A stretch of 36,220 nt of DNA from Acidimicrobiia bacterium (GCA_041577335.1 JBFGJH010000030.1:1-36220); one strand, 5' to 3'. Positions 9,081-18,443 are shown, counted from the first letter of the stretch. The notes: generated by a model not told the origin, from the letters alone. Numbers and translations: made by a program.

Positions 9081-9252
9081 CGTTGAGTGCCCGGCAAAGG
9101 GCTCATTGGCTAGGGCGATCAGCGCGTCGTTGAGCCTGTCGTTGACGAGTAGAGCGCGCGCGGCTGCCCTGGCAATGAAGGAGAGCCCTCGGGTGAACCA
9201 TCATTAACTCCGGAGTACACTTCTGCTCGCCCTACGCACATCAGGAGTTGCC

Positions 9253-10416
9253 ATGCCGCAAGCCGTCATCGTTGATGCAATACGAACCCCGATTGGGCGT
9301 GCCTACAAGGGCTCCCTGATCAACGCCCGTCCCGACGACATGACGGGCTTCGCCATCAGGTCGCTCATGGAACGCAACCCCGGGGTGGACCCCGCCTCGA
9401 TCGTCGACGTCATGGTCGGATGCGGGCTCCCTCACCACGAATCGGGCATGAACCTTGGCCGCAATGCTGCACTGCTGGCCGGCCTTCCCGACAGCGTGCC
9501 CGGCCAGACGATCAATCGCTATTGCTCGTCGTCACTCCAGACGATTCGGATGGCGTTTCACGCGATCAAAGCAGGGGAGGGCGATACGTTCGTGGCTGCC
9601 GGCGTCGAAAGCTCAACTCGCACGCTCGGCAAGGGCGTCGAAGGGTCCGACCTCAATCCCCGATTCACCGACCACACGCGCGAGGACTTCATCAACGAGG
9701 TTTACATCCCGATGGGCATGACGGCCGAGAACGTCGCCGAGAAGTACGACATCAGCCGACAACGGATGGACGAGTTTGCCAAGCTCTCGCAGGATCGAGC
9801 TGTGGAAGCACAGAAGAATGGATTCTTCGATCGCGAGATCGTGCCGTATCCCATGGGGGAGGGCGTCCTGATGACGGCCGACGATGGGCCCCGTGCCAAC
9901 ACCACCGTCGAGAAGCTGGCATCGCTCCCGCCTGCGTTCCGACCAGACGGACGGGTAACTGCCGGCAATTCGTGCCCGCTCAATGACGGCGCCGCGGCTG
10001 TGCTCGTCATGGATGCGGACAAGGCCGCCGCGCTGGGTCTGAGGCCCCGAGCTCGAATCATCGCTTCTGCGGTGTCGGGTCTCGCTCCCGAGATCATGGG
10101 CGTCGGTCCCATCGAAGCCGTTGGCAAGGTCATGGCGCAGGCGAACATGTCGGTGAGCGATATGGACGTCGTGGAGCTCAACGAGGCCTTCGCTGCTCAG
10201 GTGTTGCCAGTCTGCGACGAGTTGGGCATCTCCATCGAAGATCAGCTCAATCCCCATGGCGGCGCCATCGCCCTCGGGCATCCCTTCGGCATGACAGGCG
10301 CCCGCATCATGGCCACGTTGCTCAACGATCTCGAGACGCTCGACAAGACCCTCGGTCTCGAAACGATGTGCGTGGGCGGGGGCATGGGCATGGCGATGAT
10401 CATCGAGAGAGTCTGA
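9253..10416 (+). CDS. Acetyl-CoA C-acyltransferase (thiolase)
   Basis: RTPIG, NRYCSSS, NEAFA, GHPFG and CVGGG catalytic motifs. SD AGGAG, -10-like TACACT at 9216-9221. Confidence 0.95.
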   Translation: MPQAVIVDAIRTPIGRAYKGSLINARPDDMTGFAIRSLMERNPGVDPASIVDVMVGCGLPHHESGMNLGRNAALLAGLPDSVPGQTINRYCSSSLQTIRMAFHAIKAGEGDTFVAAGVESSTRTLGKGVEGSDLNPRFTDHTREDFINEVYIPMGMTAENVAEKYDISRQRMDEFAKLSQDRAVEAQKNGFFDREIVPYPMGEGVLMTADDGPRANTTVEKLASLPPAFRPDGRVTAGNSCPLNDGAAAVLVMDADKAAALGLRPRARIIASAVSGLAPEIMGVGPIEAVGKVMAQANMSVSDMDVVELNEAFAAQVLPVCDELGISIEDQLNPHGGAIALGHPFGMTGARIMATLLNDLETLDKTLGLETMCVGGGMGMAMIIERV

Positions 10417-10452
10417 TTCTTCGCAGCGCAACCACCGTGTAAGTTTGAGGCG

Positions 10453-11712
10453 GTGGCGAAACTGAGCCCAGACTTCGGGAAGCTATTTGGCGCCGCCTCC
10501 GTGTCCAATCTCGGTGATGGAATCATGGTGGCTGCGCTCCCGCTGCTGGTCGCCGAGCTCACCCGAGACCCGCTCGCCGTTGCTGGGTCCACCATTGCCG
10601 CGACGCTTCCCTGGTTTCTTCTCGCGTTGGTGGCCGGTGCGGTCGCCGATCGGGTGAACCGGCGAACTGCGATGGTTTCGGCCGATGTGCTGCGGGCAGC
10701 GGTCGTGGCAGGCCTGGCAACCGCGGTGCTGACCGATTCGCTGAATCTTCCCATCATCTACGTCGCTGCCTTCGCCATCGGCTCCGCCGAGACGTTGTTC
10801 GATTCCGCAGCGGAGGCATTCTTGCCGAGCCTGGTTTCCGACTCCGAGCTGAGCCTGGCCAACGGCCGGCTCCAGGGTGTCGAGTGGGCTACCAATGCGT
10901 TCATCGGACCGCCTATCGGAGCTTTCTTGTTCGGGGCTGCTGCGTCGATACCGTTCTACGCCAACGCGGCCTCATTCCTTGCGGCGGCATTGTTGATCGG
11001 GATGATCCCGCGGCGTCACGGAACGCCCCAATTCGCGCCAACGGAGAGCGTTCGGACTTCGATAGCCGAAGGAATCCGTTTCCTCCTCGACAGCCGTGTT
11101 TTACGAACGCTGTCTTTCATGGCAGGTGTCACCAACATCTTTCTCATGGCAGTCGTGGCGACATTCGTGCTCTTCGCCCAAGATATCCTCGAGGTGATGG
11201 ACGCAGGTTACGGCGTGATGCTTGCCGCCCTGGGTTTGGGCGGATTGGCCGGTGCCTTGCTTGCTCCGCAGGTCTCGAAGTCGCTTGGCCCCGGCAGGAC
11301 CATTCAAGCAACGGTGCTGCTTCAGACCGTGCTGATCGTGCTGTTCGGGCTCAACTCGAACAAATGGGTGGCCGGTGGACTCCTGCTGGCCTGGGGCTCC
11401 CTCGTCACGGCGTGGAATGTGATCGCCGTGACGCTACGCCAAAGCTTGACTCCCGACCGGCTGCGCGGGAGGGTTTCGTCTGCATCGAGGCTGGTTGCGT
11501 GGGGTGCCCAGCCGTTCGGGGCGCTGCTCGGCGGGGCACTTGCCTCCTGGCTGGGGCTGCGCGCTCCCTACCTGGTCGCCGGAGCTGCCTGGGCCGCCAT
11601 GTTCGCCCTGACTGTTCCGATTGTGAACAACCGGACCATCGCCGCCGCCCAAGAGATCGCACATTCGCGCGAGGATGCCACCGCAGATCTCGAGGTTGAA
11701 TCGTCGCACTAG
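10453..11712 (+). CDS. MFS transporter
   Basis: About 12 hydrophobic segments, motif A GAVADRVNRR, and LRQSLTPDRLRGRV. Confidence 0.92.
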   Translation: MAKLSPDFGKLFGAASVSNLGDGIMVAALPLLVAELTRDPLAVAGSTIAATLPWFLLALVAGAVADRVNRRTAMVSADVLRAAVVAGLATAVLTDSLNLPIIYVAAFAIGSAETLFDSAAEAFLPSLVSDSELSLANGRLQGVEWATNAFIGPPIGAFLFGAAASIPFYANAASFLAAALLIGMIPRRHGTPQFAPTESVRTSIAEGIRFLLDSRVLRTLSFMAGVTNIFLMAVVATFVLFAQDILEVMDAGYGVMLAALGLGGLAGALLAPQVSKSLGPGRTIQATVLLQTVLIVLFGLNSNKWVAGGLLLAWGSLVTAWNVIAVTLRQSLTPDRLRGRVSSASRLVAWGAQPFGALLGGALASWLGLRAPYLVAGAAWAAMFALTVPIVNNRTIAAAQEIAHSREDATADLEVESSH

Positions 11713-11750
11713 CCAGGGTCAATCGCCACGAGGTGCAATACTCGCCCGGT

Positions 11751-12887
11751 ATGGCACCGGCGAACCGGATGGAAGTCTCGTTACGACGGATCGTTGTCGG
11801 ATATCGGGCGATTTCCGCCGTGTGGCTGACGGTTCTGGCGGCGATCGCGCTCAGCCAAGACGAGCCGGGGCGACCTGCTGTCGTCCTGATGACCGTCACC
11901 GTGGTCTTGGTATGGTCCGGCATCACCGTTTGGTTGTTGTATCGGGCGCCGAATCAGCTCGGGACCGCGGTGTATCTCGCAGTGGATTTCGTTATCACAT
12001 TGGGAGTGCTCGCCGCGCCCGATCTGGCGGGTTCCGCCGATTTCTACGGTGGATACCCGGTCTCGTCGATCTTCATGGCGGTGTATGCGAAAGGCTTGCC
12101 GGGGGCCGTGACAGCGACGGTCATGGTCACCGCGGTGGCGTTGTGGCGGGCAATTGGGCCTCGCTCCAGCGAAGCAGTATTTGTTCTCATCACATCTGTG
12201 GTTGTCTATCCCTTCATTGCCGTGCCTGCCACCTGGGCGGTCGGCGTGCTCCGACGGACCGATCGATTGCGACGTGAAGCTGAAGCTGCCTTGGATGCCG
12301 AGCGGGCCGAGAGGATCAGAGCCGAGGAGCGGGCCGAGCTCGCTGCCCATCTTCACGACTCCGTGTTGCAAAGCCTCGCTTTGATCCAGCGCAACCCCGA
12401 CGACCACGACGAGGTGAGGGCGATCGCTCGCCGCCAGGAGCGGGATCTTCGCCTCTGGCTGTCAGGCGCGGCATCAGACGACAGCTCCTTTGCCGATGCC
12501 ATCTCGCAGCTCGCATCGGATGTCGAAGCGCGTCACCGTGTCGCCGTCGAGCTGGTGGTCGTCGGTGACGCCCCGGTCGACGCGCCCCTGGAATCACTGC
12601 TTGGCGCAGCCCGTGAGGCAATGGTGAATGCGGCCAACCACTCGGGGGCCGAAGTGGTTTCGGTCTATGCCGAAATCGACGCGGCCGAGGCGGCCGTCTT
12701 CGTCCGAGATCGAGGCGAGGGATTCGATACGACTGCCGTCCCTACCGATAGAAGGGGCCTCGCCGAGTCCATACATGGCAGGATGCGGCGAAGCGGTGGG
12801 AAGGCCACCGTGGACACGACGGTCGGGCGGGGGACCGAGGTGCACTTGACCCTTCCCCGCCAGACTGACGAAGCCCCAGAAGGATGA
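11751..12887 (+). CDS. Membrane sensor histidine kinase (HisKA_3-like)
   Basis: N-terminal TM helices, H-box AAHLHDSVLQ, N-box AREAMVNAANH, G-boxes DRGEGFD and GRGT. Start could be GTG 11733 or ATG 11751. Confidence 0.92.
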   Translation: MAPANRMEVSLRRIVVGYRAISAVWLTVLAAIALSQDEPGRPAVVLMTVTVVLVWSGITVWLLYRAPNQLGTAVYLAVDFVITLGVLAAPDLAGSADFYGGYPVSSIFMAVYAKGLPGAVTATVMVTAVALWRAIGPRSSEAVFVLITSVVVYPFIAVPATWAVGVLRRTDRLRREAEAALDAERAERIRAEERAELAAHLHDSVLQSLALIQRNPDDHDEVRAIARRQERDLRLWLSGAASDDSSFADAISQLASDVEARHRVAVELVVVGDAPVDAPLESLLGAAREAMVNAANHSGAEVVSVYAEIDAAEAAVFVRDRGEGFDTTAVPTDRRGLAESIHGRMRRSGGKATVDTTVGRGTEVHLTLPRQTDEAPEG

Positions 12888-13528
12888 CGGATATGGCCAT
12901 CAGAGTGTTCATCGTCGACGATCACGATATGTTCCGTGCTGGTGTCCGTTCGGCACTTCCCGAGTCTGTGGATGTGGTGGGCGAGGCCTCGGAAGTGGAG
13001 CCCGCGGTTGAGATGATCCTCGAGCGCAAACCGGACGTCGTGCTCCTCGACGTGCACATGCCGGCCGGAGGCGGCAAGGCTGTGCTGGAGGCCGTGGCCG
13101 AGGAGAACCCAGAGATCTTGTTCCTTGCGCTCTCGGCATCGGATGCCGCCGAAGATGTCGTGGCAACCATCCGAGCGGGAGCTCGCGGGTACGTCACCAA
13201 GTCGATCGCTCCTGACGATCTCGCCGCCGCAATCGAACGTGTGCACAACGGAGACGCCGTGTTTTCCCCCAAGCTGGCCGGCTTTGTATTGGATGCCTTC
13301 TCGGCTATTCCGGTTGCCGACGTGGATCCCGAGCTCGACCAGCTGACAAAGCGTGAGCGAGAGGTGTTGCAGCACATAGCTCGCGGTTACACCTATCGCG
13401 AGATCGGTGAGCAGCTCTTCATCTCGATCAAGACGGTGGAGACGCACGTGTCATCGGTGCTTCGCAAGCTCCAGCTGTCGAACCGAAACGAACTCACCAG
13501 ATGGGCGGCCGATCGTAAGCTGATCTGA
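12884..13528 (+). CDS. NarL/LuxR-family response regulator
   Basis: VDDH, LLDVHMP and GYVTK receiver motifs. HTH LTKREREVL...ISIKTVETHVSSVLRKL. ATGA overlap with the kinase. Confidence 0.95.
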   Translation: MTDMAIRVFIVDDHDMFRAGVRSALPESVDVVGEASEVEPAVEMILERKPDVVLLDVHMPAGGGKAVLEAVAEENPEILFLALSASDAAEDVVATIRAGARGYVTKSIAPDDLAAAIERVHNGDAVFSPKLAGFVLDAFSAIPVADVDPELDQLTKREREVLQHIARGYTYREIGEQLFISIKTVETHVSSVLRKLQLSNRNELTRWAADRKLI

Positions 13529-13537
13529 TCGGGCGGC

Positions 13538-15646
13538 CTATTCGTCGTCGTCGAGAGTCACGAGCGTGACCGCAGTGCCTGAGCTCGTGACCAGCGTTTG
13601 ATCTCCGACTTGCTCGACGGTCGCAGTGACTCCCAGCACGGCGTGCGCACCGCGAGCTGTGGCTTCATTGATCATCGCGGCTTCGGCGACGGCTCTCGCC
13701 CCAGCAAGGCTCTCGGGAGTCACAGATGGTATGAGCGTATCTCCGACGACCACTCCGAGATATACGTCAACCGACCAGGCGGCCAGCGTTTCGCTGGTAG
13801 TGACGATTGGGCGCCACTCGCCATCGACCCAGCCCTGCTGGCTCTGTTCCCAGCGAGCGCCCCACTCGACAGCTGCCCCGGTACCCACCACGGCGGTCGT
13901 GGCGGTTGCCGCCCCGATGAGACCAGAGGGTTCGTCGTCGTCCGCCGCCGCTTCGACAAAGCCATGTGCGCTGCTGTCTTCGTCGGCGAGGTCGCCATCG
14001 GTGCCCTCGTCGAGTTCGAGGAGGTCCAGGGCGTCGTCGGCCTCACCATCGAGCTCGCCGAGGTCGTCTGGCTCCGAGGGAGCTGCGTCGAAAGGATCCG
14101 CTTGGATCATCTCGGCGGTCGGTTCGGAGTCGGTCTCATCCACTGACACGCTGTCGGTCGAGAGCTTGTCGTCATCGCCGGCGTCGGTTTGATCGAAAGG
14201 TTCGGCCTGGTCCTCGTCGAGGGACTCGAGAAGGTCGAGATCGCTCGGTTCGGGCTCACCAGTCGTGCCTGGTTCCTCCGCGAAACCGATGGCATGGTCG
14301 CCGTCGATTTCAGGGGTTGGCAGGTCCCGGTCGATGTCGGACTCGACCTGTTCGCCGAAGTTCACTTCCGGAACCGAGAAATCGGACATCGAAGAGGTCT
14401 CATCAACCGTTTCGGTCGCCAGGTCGGGCTCGACTTCGCCGTCGACCGCCTCGACCTCCTCGCCAGCATCGAGCCAATCGAGATCGGAAAGGGCAGTCTC
14501 AGGCGCGTCGGTGGCGGCGTCTCCGGCCACTATCGGCTCCATGTCGGCGACCATCGCCGCCACCCGAGCAATATCGTCGTCCGACCCGATGTCCGTCGTT
14601 TCCTCGGAGTCGGCATGCGCCTCGTCTCCGAACGTGACGCCGAAACCGTTCTGACCGGAGTCGGCGTCTTCGTCGGTTCCGTACAGGGCGGCGAAATCGT
14701 CAACAGGAGATTCGATGCCGGGCTGTGATTCCTCTTCTGCTCCCGCCTCGGCTTCGGGTGCCAGCCCTTCGAGCTCTTTGTACACGGAGGGCGGCTCGCT
14801 CGTCTCCGCATCGACTTCGTTTTGGCCCCCAAGCCAATCGGGTTGCGCGTCCGGCAGCTCCGAATCGACGCCCGCCCACTGAGGGCTGTCGTCAACCGGC
14901 TCCAGATCCGGGACGTCGACGGGCTCGGCGATGTCCTCCATGTCGACCGTGGCGGCGGCGTCTTCGTGTTCGACGATGTCCTCCATGTCGACTGTGGCGG
15001 CGGCGTCTTCGTGTTCGGCGAAGTCCTCCATGTCGACTGTGGCGGCGGCGTCTTCGAGTTCGGCAATGTCCTCCATATCGGCCGTGTCGGCTTCAATGCC
15101 TTCGCTGGGCATTTCACCTGGCAGTTCGTCCGTATCTCCAAACAAGCCCGTGCCTGCAAGCATCGCCGAGAGTGGTCCGCGCGAGGCCGGAGCGGCGTCC
15201 TCGGCTTCGGCAACATCCCCGAAGTCGACTCCTTTGGGCATTTCCAACGCGTCTGCGGCACTCGAGTCGATGTCGAGTCCCGAGTCGATATCGGCAACGT
15301 CGATCGGCGCCGACTCGATGCCGGCCATGTCCAAATCGGGCATTTCCAGTTCAGGGAGACCGAGATCGGTGGATTCGAATTGGGGACTCTCGAGCTCGCC
15401 TGGGGTGTCGTCGATGACTTCCGGGATCCCTGCGTCGAGGTCAGGCATTTCGATCGAGCCCGCTGCGTCGCCTGTTTCAAGCGGGGGAGCATCGGGAGTG
15501 TCAGGCACCGGGGCCGGGAGTGGCGACTCAGGCGCGTCGGCGGGAGCGGCGTCCTCCTCAGAATCTGCAGCGTCAGCCGTTTCCGGCTCAGGTGCCTGTG
15601 AGATCAGATCCCACGGGTCGCCGCTTTCGAACTCGCTGTTTGACAC
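13538..15646 (-). CDS. Hyper-acidic low-complexity protein with C-terminal YbjQ/UPF0145-like domain
   Basis: About 600 aa D/E/P/A-rich. C-terminus IVTTSETL..YLGVVVG..AR..A..AM..EATARGAHAVLGV..SGTAV matches the YbjQ pattern. Confidence 0.8.
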   Translation of the reverse strand: MSNSEFESGDPWDLISQAPEPETADAADSEEDAAPADAPESPLPAPVPDTPDAPPLETGDAAGSIEMPDLDAGIPEVIDDTPGELESPQFESTDLGLPELEMPDLDMAGIESAPIDVADIDSGLDIDSSAADALEMPKGVDFGDVAEAEDAAPASRGPLSAMLAGTGLFGDTDELPGEMPSEGIEADTADMEDIAELEDAAATVDMEDFAEHEDAAATVDMEDIVEHEDAAATVDMEDIAEPVDVPDLEPVDDSPQWAGVDSELPDAQPDWLGGQNEVDAETSEPPSVYKELEGLAPEAEAGAEEESQPGIESPVDDFAALYGTDEDADSGQNGFGVTFGDEAHADSEETTDIGSDDDIARVAAMVADMEPIVAGDAATDAPETALSDLDWLDAGEEVEAVDGEVEPDLATETVDETSSMSDFSVPEVNFGEQVESDIDRDLPTPEIDGDHAIGFAEEPGTTGEPEPSDLDLLESLDEDQAEPFDQTDAGDDDKLSTDSVSVDETDSEPTAEMIQADPFDAAPSEPDDLGELDGEADDALDLLELDEGTDGDLADEDSSAHGFVEAAADDDEPSGLIGAATATTAVVGTGAAVEWGARWEQSQQGWVDGEWRPIVTTSETLAAWSVDVYLGVVVGDTLIPSVTPESLAGARAVAEAAMINEATARGAHAVLGVTATVEQVGDQTLVTSSGTAVTLVTLDDDE
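14930..15091. repeat. In-frame 45-bp tandem repeat, about 3.6 copies
   Basis: Units start at 14930, 14975, 15020 and 15065 (partial). Encodes EDAAATVDMED(I/F)(A/V)E(H/L) on the minus strand. Confidence 0.95.
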
Positions 15647-15721
15647 CTGACCTGCTCCACTTCTCCGCCGCCGCGTCGAGAATACCTGACCGGCGGTCCG
15701 CTACCTATTACCTTCGAAGTC

Positions 15722-16387
15722 ATGAATATCGGCGTGATCACCATCTTTCCTGAGTTCTTTGCATCGCCGCTGCGAATCAGCATTGTCGCAAGAGCGATCG
15801 AGTCGGCTCGGCTTCAGGTCGAGTTGGTGAACCTCCGGGACTACGGGAGCGGTATCCATCGGCAAGTCGACGACGCGCCGTTCGGTGGCGGCCCGGGAAT
15901 GGTGATGATGGTGGAGCCCATCGTTACGGCATTGCGCGATCGGGGAGACTCGCACCGAGTGATGTTGACACCGGCTGGGCGTCCGCTCGATCAGGAGACG
16001 CTCGACCGATGGGCGCGGGCCGATCGCCTCACGCTTCTGTGCGGGCGCTACGAGGGCATCGATGACCGGGTCGGCGAGCATTACGTCGATGAGTCGATTT
16101 CGATGGGCGACTTTGTGCTCGCCGGCGGAGAAGTCGCCGCACTCGCGATCATCGAGGGAATCGCTCGCCTGCTGCCCGGGGTGCTCGGGAATGAGGATTC
16201 GATCGAGGGGGAGTCCTTCCGCGACGGTCTGCTGGAGGAGCCCGTGTACAGCCGACCCGCCGAGTTCGAGGGCCACGTCGTTCCGTCGGTGCTGCTCTCG
16301 GGCGACCACGGTGCCGTAGCCGAGTGGCGCCAGGCAGAACGGGAGCGCCGAACCCGGCAGCGACGACCAGACCTGCTTGCCGATTAG
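15722..16387 (+). CDS. trmD: tRNA (guanine37-N1)-methyltransferase
   Basis: VDDAPFGGGPGMVM, CGRYEGIDDR, GDFVLAGGE and VPSVLLSGDH. Confidence 0.98.
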   Translation: MNIGVITIFPEFFASPLRISIVARAIESARLQVELVNLRDYGSGIHRQVDDAPFGGGPGMVMMVEPIVTALRDRGDSHRVMLTPAGRPLDQETLDRWARADRLTLLCGRYEGIDDRVGEHYVDESISMGDFVLAGGEVAALAIIEGIARLLPGVLGNEDSIEGESFRDGLLEEPVYSRPAEFEGHVVPSVLLSGDHGAVAEWRQAERERRTRQRRPDLLAD

Positions 16388-16403
16388 CAGGCAACGATCT
16401 TGG

Positions 16404-16412
16404 TGGTAACAT
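16404..16412 (+). promoter_or_regulatory. Extended -10 promoter element for rplS
   Basis: TGgTAACAT about 50 nt upstream of rplS. Confidence 0.55.
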
Positions 16413-16463
16413 TCGGCATCCGCTGGAGCCGCCGGTTTCCCAGCGCGCCTCAAGGAGTTTCCC

Positions 16464-16808
16464 ATGAACAAGCTTGAAGAGTTCGAGCGTTCTTTTCTAC
16501 GCGACGACATCCCTGATTTCGGACCCGGCGACACACTGAAGGTCCATGTGCGCGTCGTCGAGGGAGGGCGCGAGAGGATCCAGCTCTTCGAAGGTGTCGT
16601 GATTGCGATCAACGGCGGAGGGATCAACCGGTCGGTCACCGTCCGGAAGGTCTCGTTCGGAGTGGGTGTCGAGCGGATCTTCCCTGTTCATGCCCCGATC
16701 ATCCAGAAGATGGAGATCACCCGTCGTGGCGACGTGAGAAGAGCCAAGCTGTACTACCTCCGCGATCGGGTTGGGAAATCGGCTCGAATACGAGAGAAGC
16801 GCTCCTGA
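16464..16808 (+). CDS. rplS: 50S ribosomal protein L19
   Basis: [29 protein letters not shown] and [18 protein letters not shown]. Confidence 0.99.
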   Translation: MNKLEEFERSFLRDDIPDFGPGDTLKVHVRVVEGGRERIQLFEGVVIAINGGGINRSVTVRKVSFGVGVERIFPVHAPIIQKMEITRRGDVRRAKLYYLRDRVGKSARIREKRS

Positions 16809-16894
16809 CCGGGCCCGGGCAGGACTCCGGTCCCGCCCCATTCACGGAGTCGCAACTGCGGGATCCGTTTCTCGGCGAACAAGAACGCCATGCG

Positions 16895-17527
16895 TTGGCC
16901 GAGTCTCCAACGGAGATCAAGGGCAAGAAGAAGAAGCGATCTTTTCTTGCCGAGCTTCCTTTCCTGATCATCATCGCCGTGGCCGTCGCCGTGATCATCA
17001 AGACGTTCTTCGTTCAGACGTTCTGGATTCCGTCCAGCTCGATGATCCCTGAGCTCGAAGTCAATGACCGGGTGATGGTGAACCGCCTTGCTTATGCGTT
17101 CGCAGCCGAGCCCGAGCGCGGTGACATCGTCGTTTTCGACTCACCGTTTGCCAACGGCGATGCGGAAGACGATGAACCGGTCATCAGGATCGTACTGCGC
17201 ACGATCGGCGAGTCGCTGGGACTTTCGACGGCCGCGGTCCCCGACGATCTCATCAAACGAGTGGTCGGAGTGGGCGGAGAAACCGTCGAGATTCGCGACA
17301 ACGTCGTCCTGATCGACGAGGAAGCTCTCGACGAGCCCTATCTGCCACAGGGCGTCAATATGGCGGACATGGCGCCCCGCACGCTGCGGGCCGACGAGGT
17401 GTTCGTCATGGGCGACAACCGCAATGGCAGTGTCGACAGCAGAAGGTTTGGGCCGATCACGCTCGACCACATCGTCGGCCGTACTTTTGTTCGAATATGG
17501 CCGTTCAGTCGGTTCGAGTTCCTGTGA
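16895..17527 (+). CDS. lepB: Signal peptidase I
   Basis: TM helix, IPSSSM (Ser), LIKRVVG (Lys) and GDNRNGSVDSRRFG. TTG start uncertain. Confidence 0.96.
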   Translation: MAESPTEIKGKKKKRSFLAELPFLIIIAVAVAVIIKTFFVQTFWIPSSSMIPELEVNDRVMVNRLAYAFAAEPERGDIVVFDSPFANGDAEDDEPVIRIVLRTIGESLGLSTAAVPDDLIKRVVGVGGETVEIRDNVVLIDEEALDEPYLPQGVNMADMAPRTLRADEVFVMGDNRNGSVDSRRFGPITLDHIVGRTFVRIWPFSRFEFL

Positions 17528-17644
17528 TTGTGTCACTGGCCAGGTTTACAACAGTCCTAACGGACCGCGGCTTGGCCGGGTAACATCCCGCTCAACGCAG
17601 CCGCCATCGGTGCCGCCAAGAATGAGACAACGCAGGGTGTACGA

Positions 17645-17941
17645 ATGAACGAAGAAGGTCTCGAGCGCTACGAGTCTGAAGTCGAGCTTCAGATATACAA
17701 GGAGTACCGCGATGTTCTCCCGCTGTTCAAGTACGTCGTCGAGACCGAACGTCGGTTCTATCTGGCCAACAAAGTCGACTTGTCCCAGCGCTCCGTAGAC
17801 GGATCCGTGTTTTTCGAGATTCTCTTGGAGGATGCGTGGGTATGGGACATGTATCGACCGGCCCGATTCCTGCAAAAGGTGAGAGTGCTGAGCTTTCGGG
17901 ACGTCAACATCGAAGAGTTGGAGCCCGGCGTTCGGATCTGA
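17645..17941 (+). CDS. DUF2469 family protein
   Basis: LERYE..EL..YKEYRDV..F.YVVETERRFYLAN..DAWVWDMYRPARF..DVNIEEL, in its usual actinobacterial position before yraN. Confidence 0.93.
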   Translation: MNEEGLERYESEVELQIYKEYRDVLPLFKYVVETERRFYLANKVDLSQRSVDGSVFFEILLEDAWVWDMYRPARFLQKVRVLSFRDVNIEELEPGVRI

Positions 17942-18258
17942 AGGGTGAGCTCGGCCGGCTCGGCGAGCACCTCGTCCACCAGACTGCGGTCGGGCTTGGC
18001 TTCTCGGTCCACGCTCGTAACCTCGTTGTCGGGAGAGGCGAGTTGGATCTGGTTGTGGACGTCGGAGGCGCACGAGTTGCGGTGGAAGTGAAGACCAGCA
18101 CCGTCGACCTCGCAGATGCTGCCGAGCGCTTTGACGAGGCAAAACACCGGCAAGTGAGTTCTCTGGCATCGAGCGTCGGGTGCACCCGTGTCGATCTCGT
18201 CGGCGTGCTGGTCGGCGAGCATGGCTATTTCGTGCGATGGATGCCGGGCGTGAATTAG
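17842..18258 (+). CDS. yraN: YraN (UPF0102) nuclease-like protein
   Basis: LGRLGE, ARN..GELDLV, VEVKT and RVDLVGV. Start uncertain (ATG 17842 or CTG 17938). Confidence 0.85.
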   Translation: MGHVSTGPIPAKGESAELSGRQHRRVGARRSDLKGELGRLGEHLVHQTAVGLGFSVHARNLVVGRGELDLVVDVGGARVAVEVKTSTVDLADAAERFDEAKHRQVSSLASSVGCTRVDLVGVLVGEHGYFVRWMPGVN

Positions 18259-18443
18259 CTCCCGACTCTTCGGCGTTGCTCCTTGTACCAACAGCCTCGG
18301 TGCCAATGGCGACGCAGGTCTGGTTCGTGTTCCGGCACCACCACGAGATGGCCGACTCCCGCCTCGATGTTTCCGAGGCAGCCGGGGCACCGGTACCGCT
18401 TCCTGGCCGAATACGGCTGAACCGGCGTCACCTCTTCATTCAT
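18255..18443 (-). CDS. Small putative Zn-binding protein (YRCPGC...HWHxxCW)
   Basis: 62 aa, pattern YRCPGC..I..G..H.V....RRHWH..CW that I recognise from small actinobacterial proteins. ATGA-coupled to the upstream small ORF. Confidence 0.8.
   Translation of the reverse strand: MNEEVTPVQPYSARKRYRCPGCLGNIEAGVGHLVVVPEHEPDLRRHWHRGCWYKEQRRRVGS

Noticed and set aside
14930..15091. CRISPR array
   Set aside because: The units are contiguous with no unique spacers, are in frame within a CDS, and no cas genes are present.
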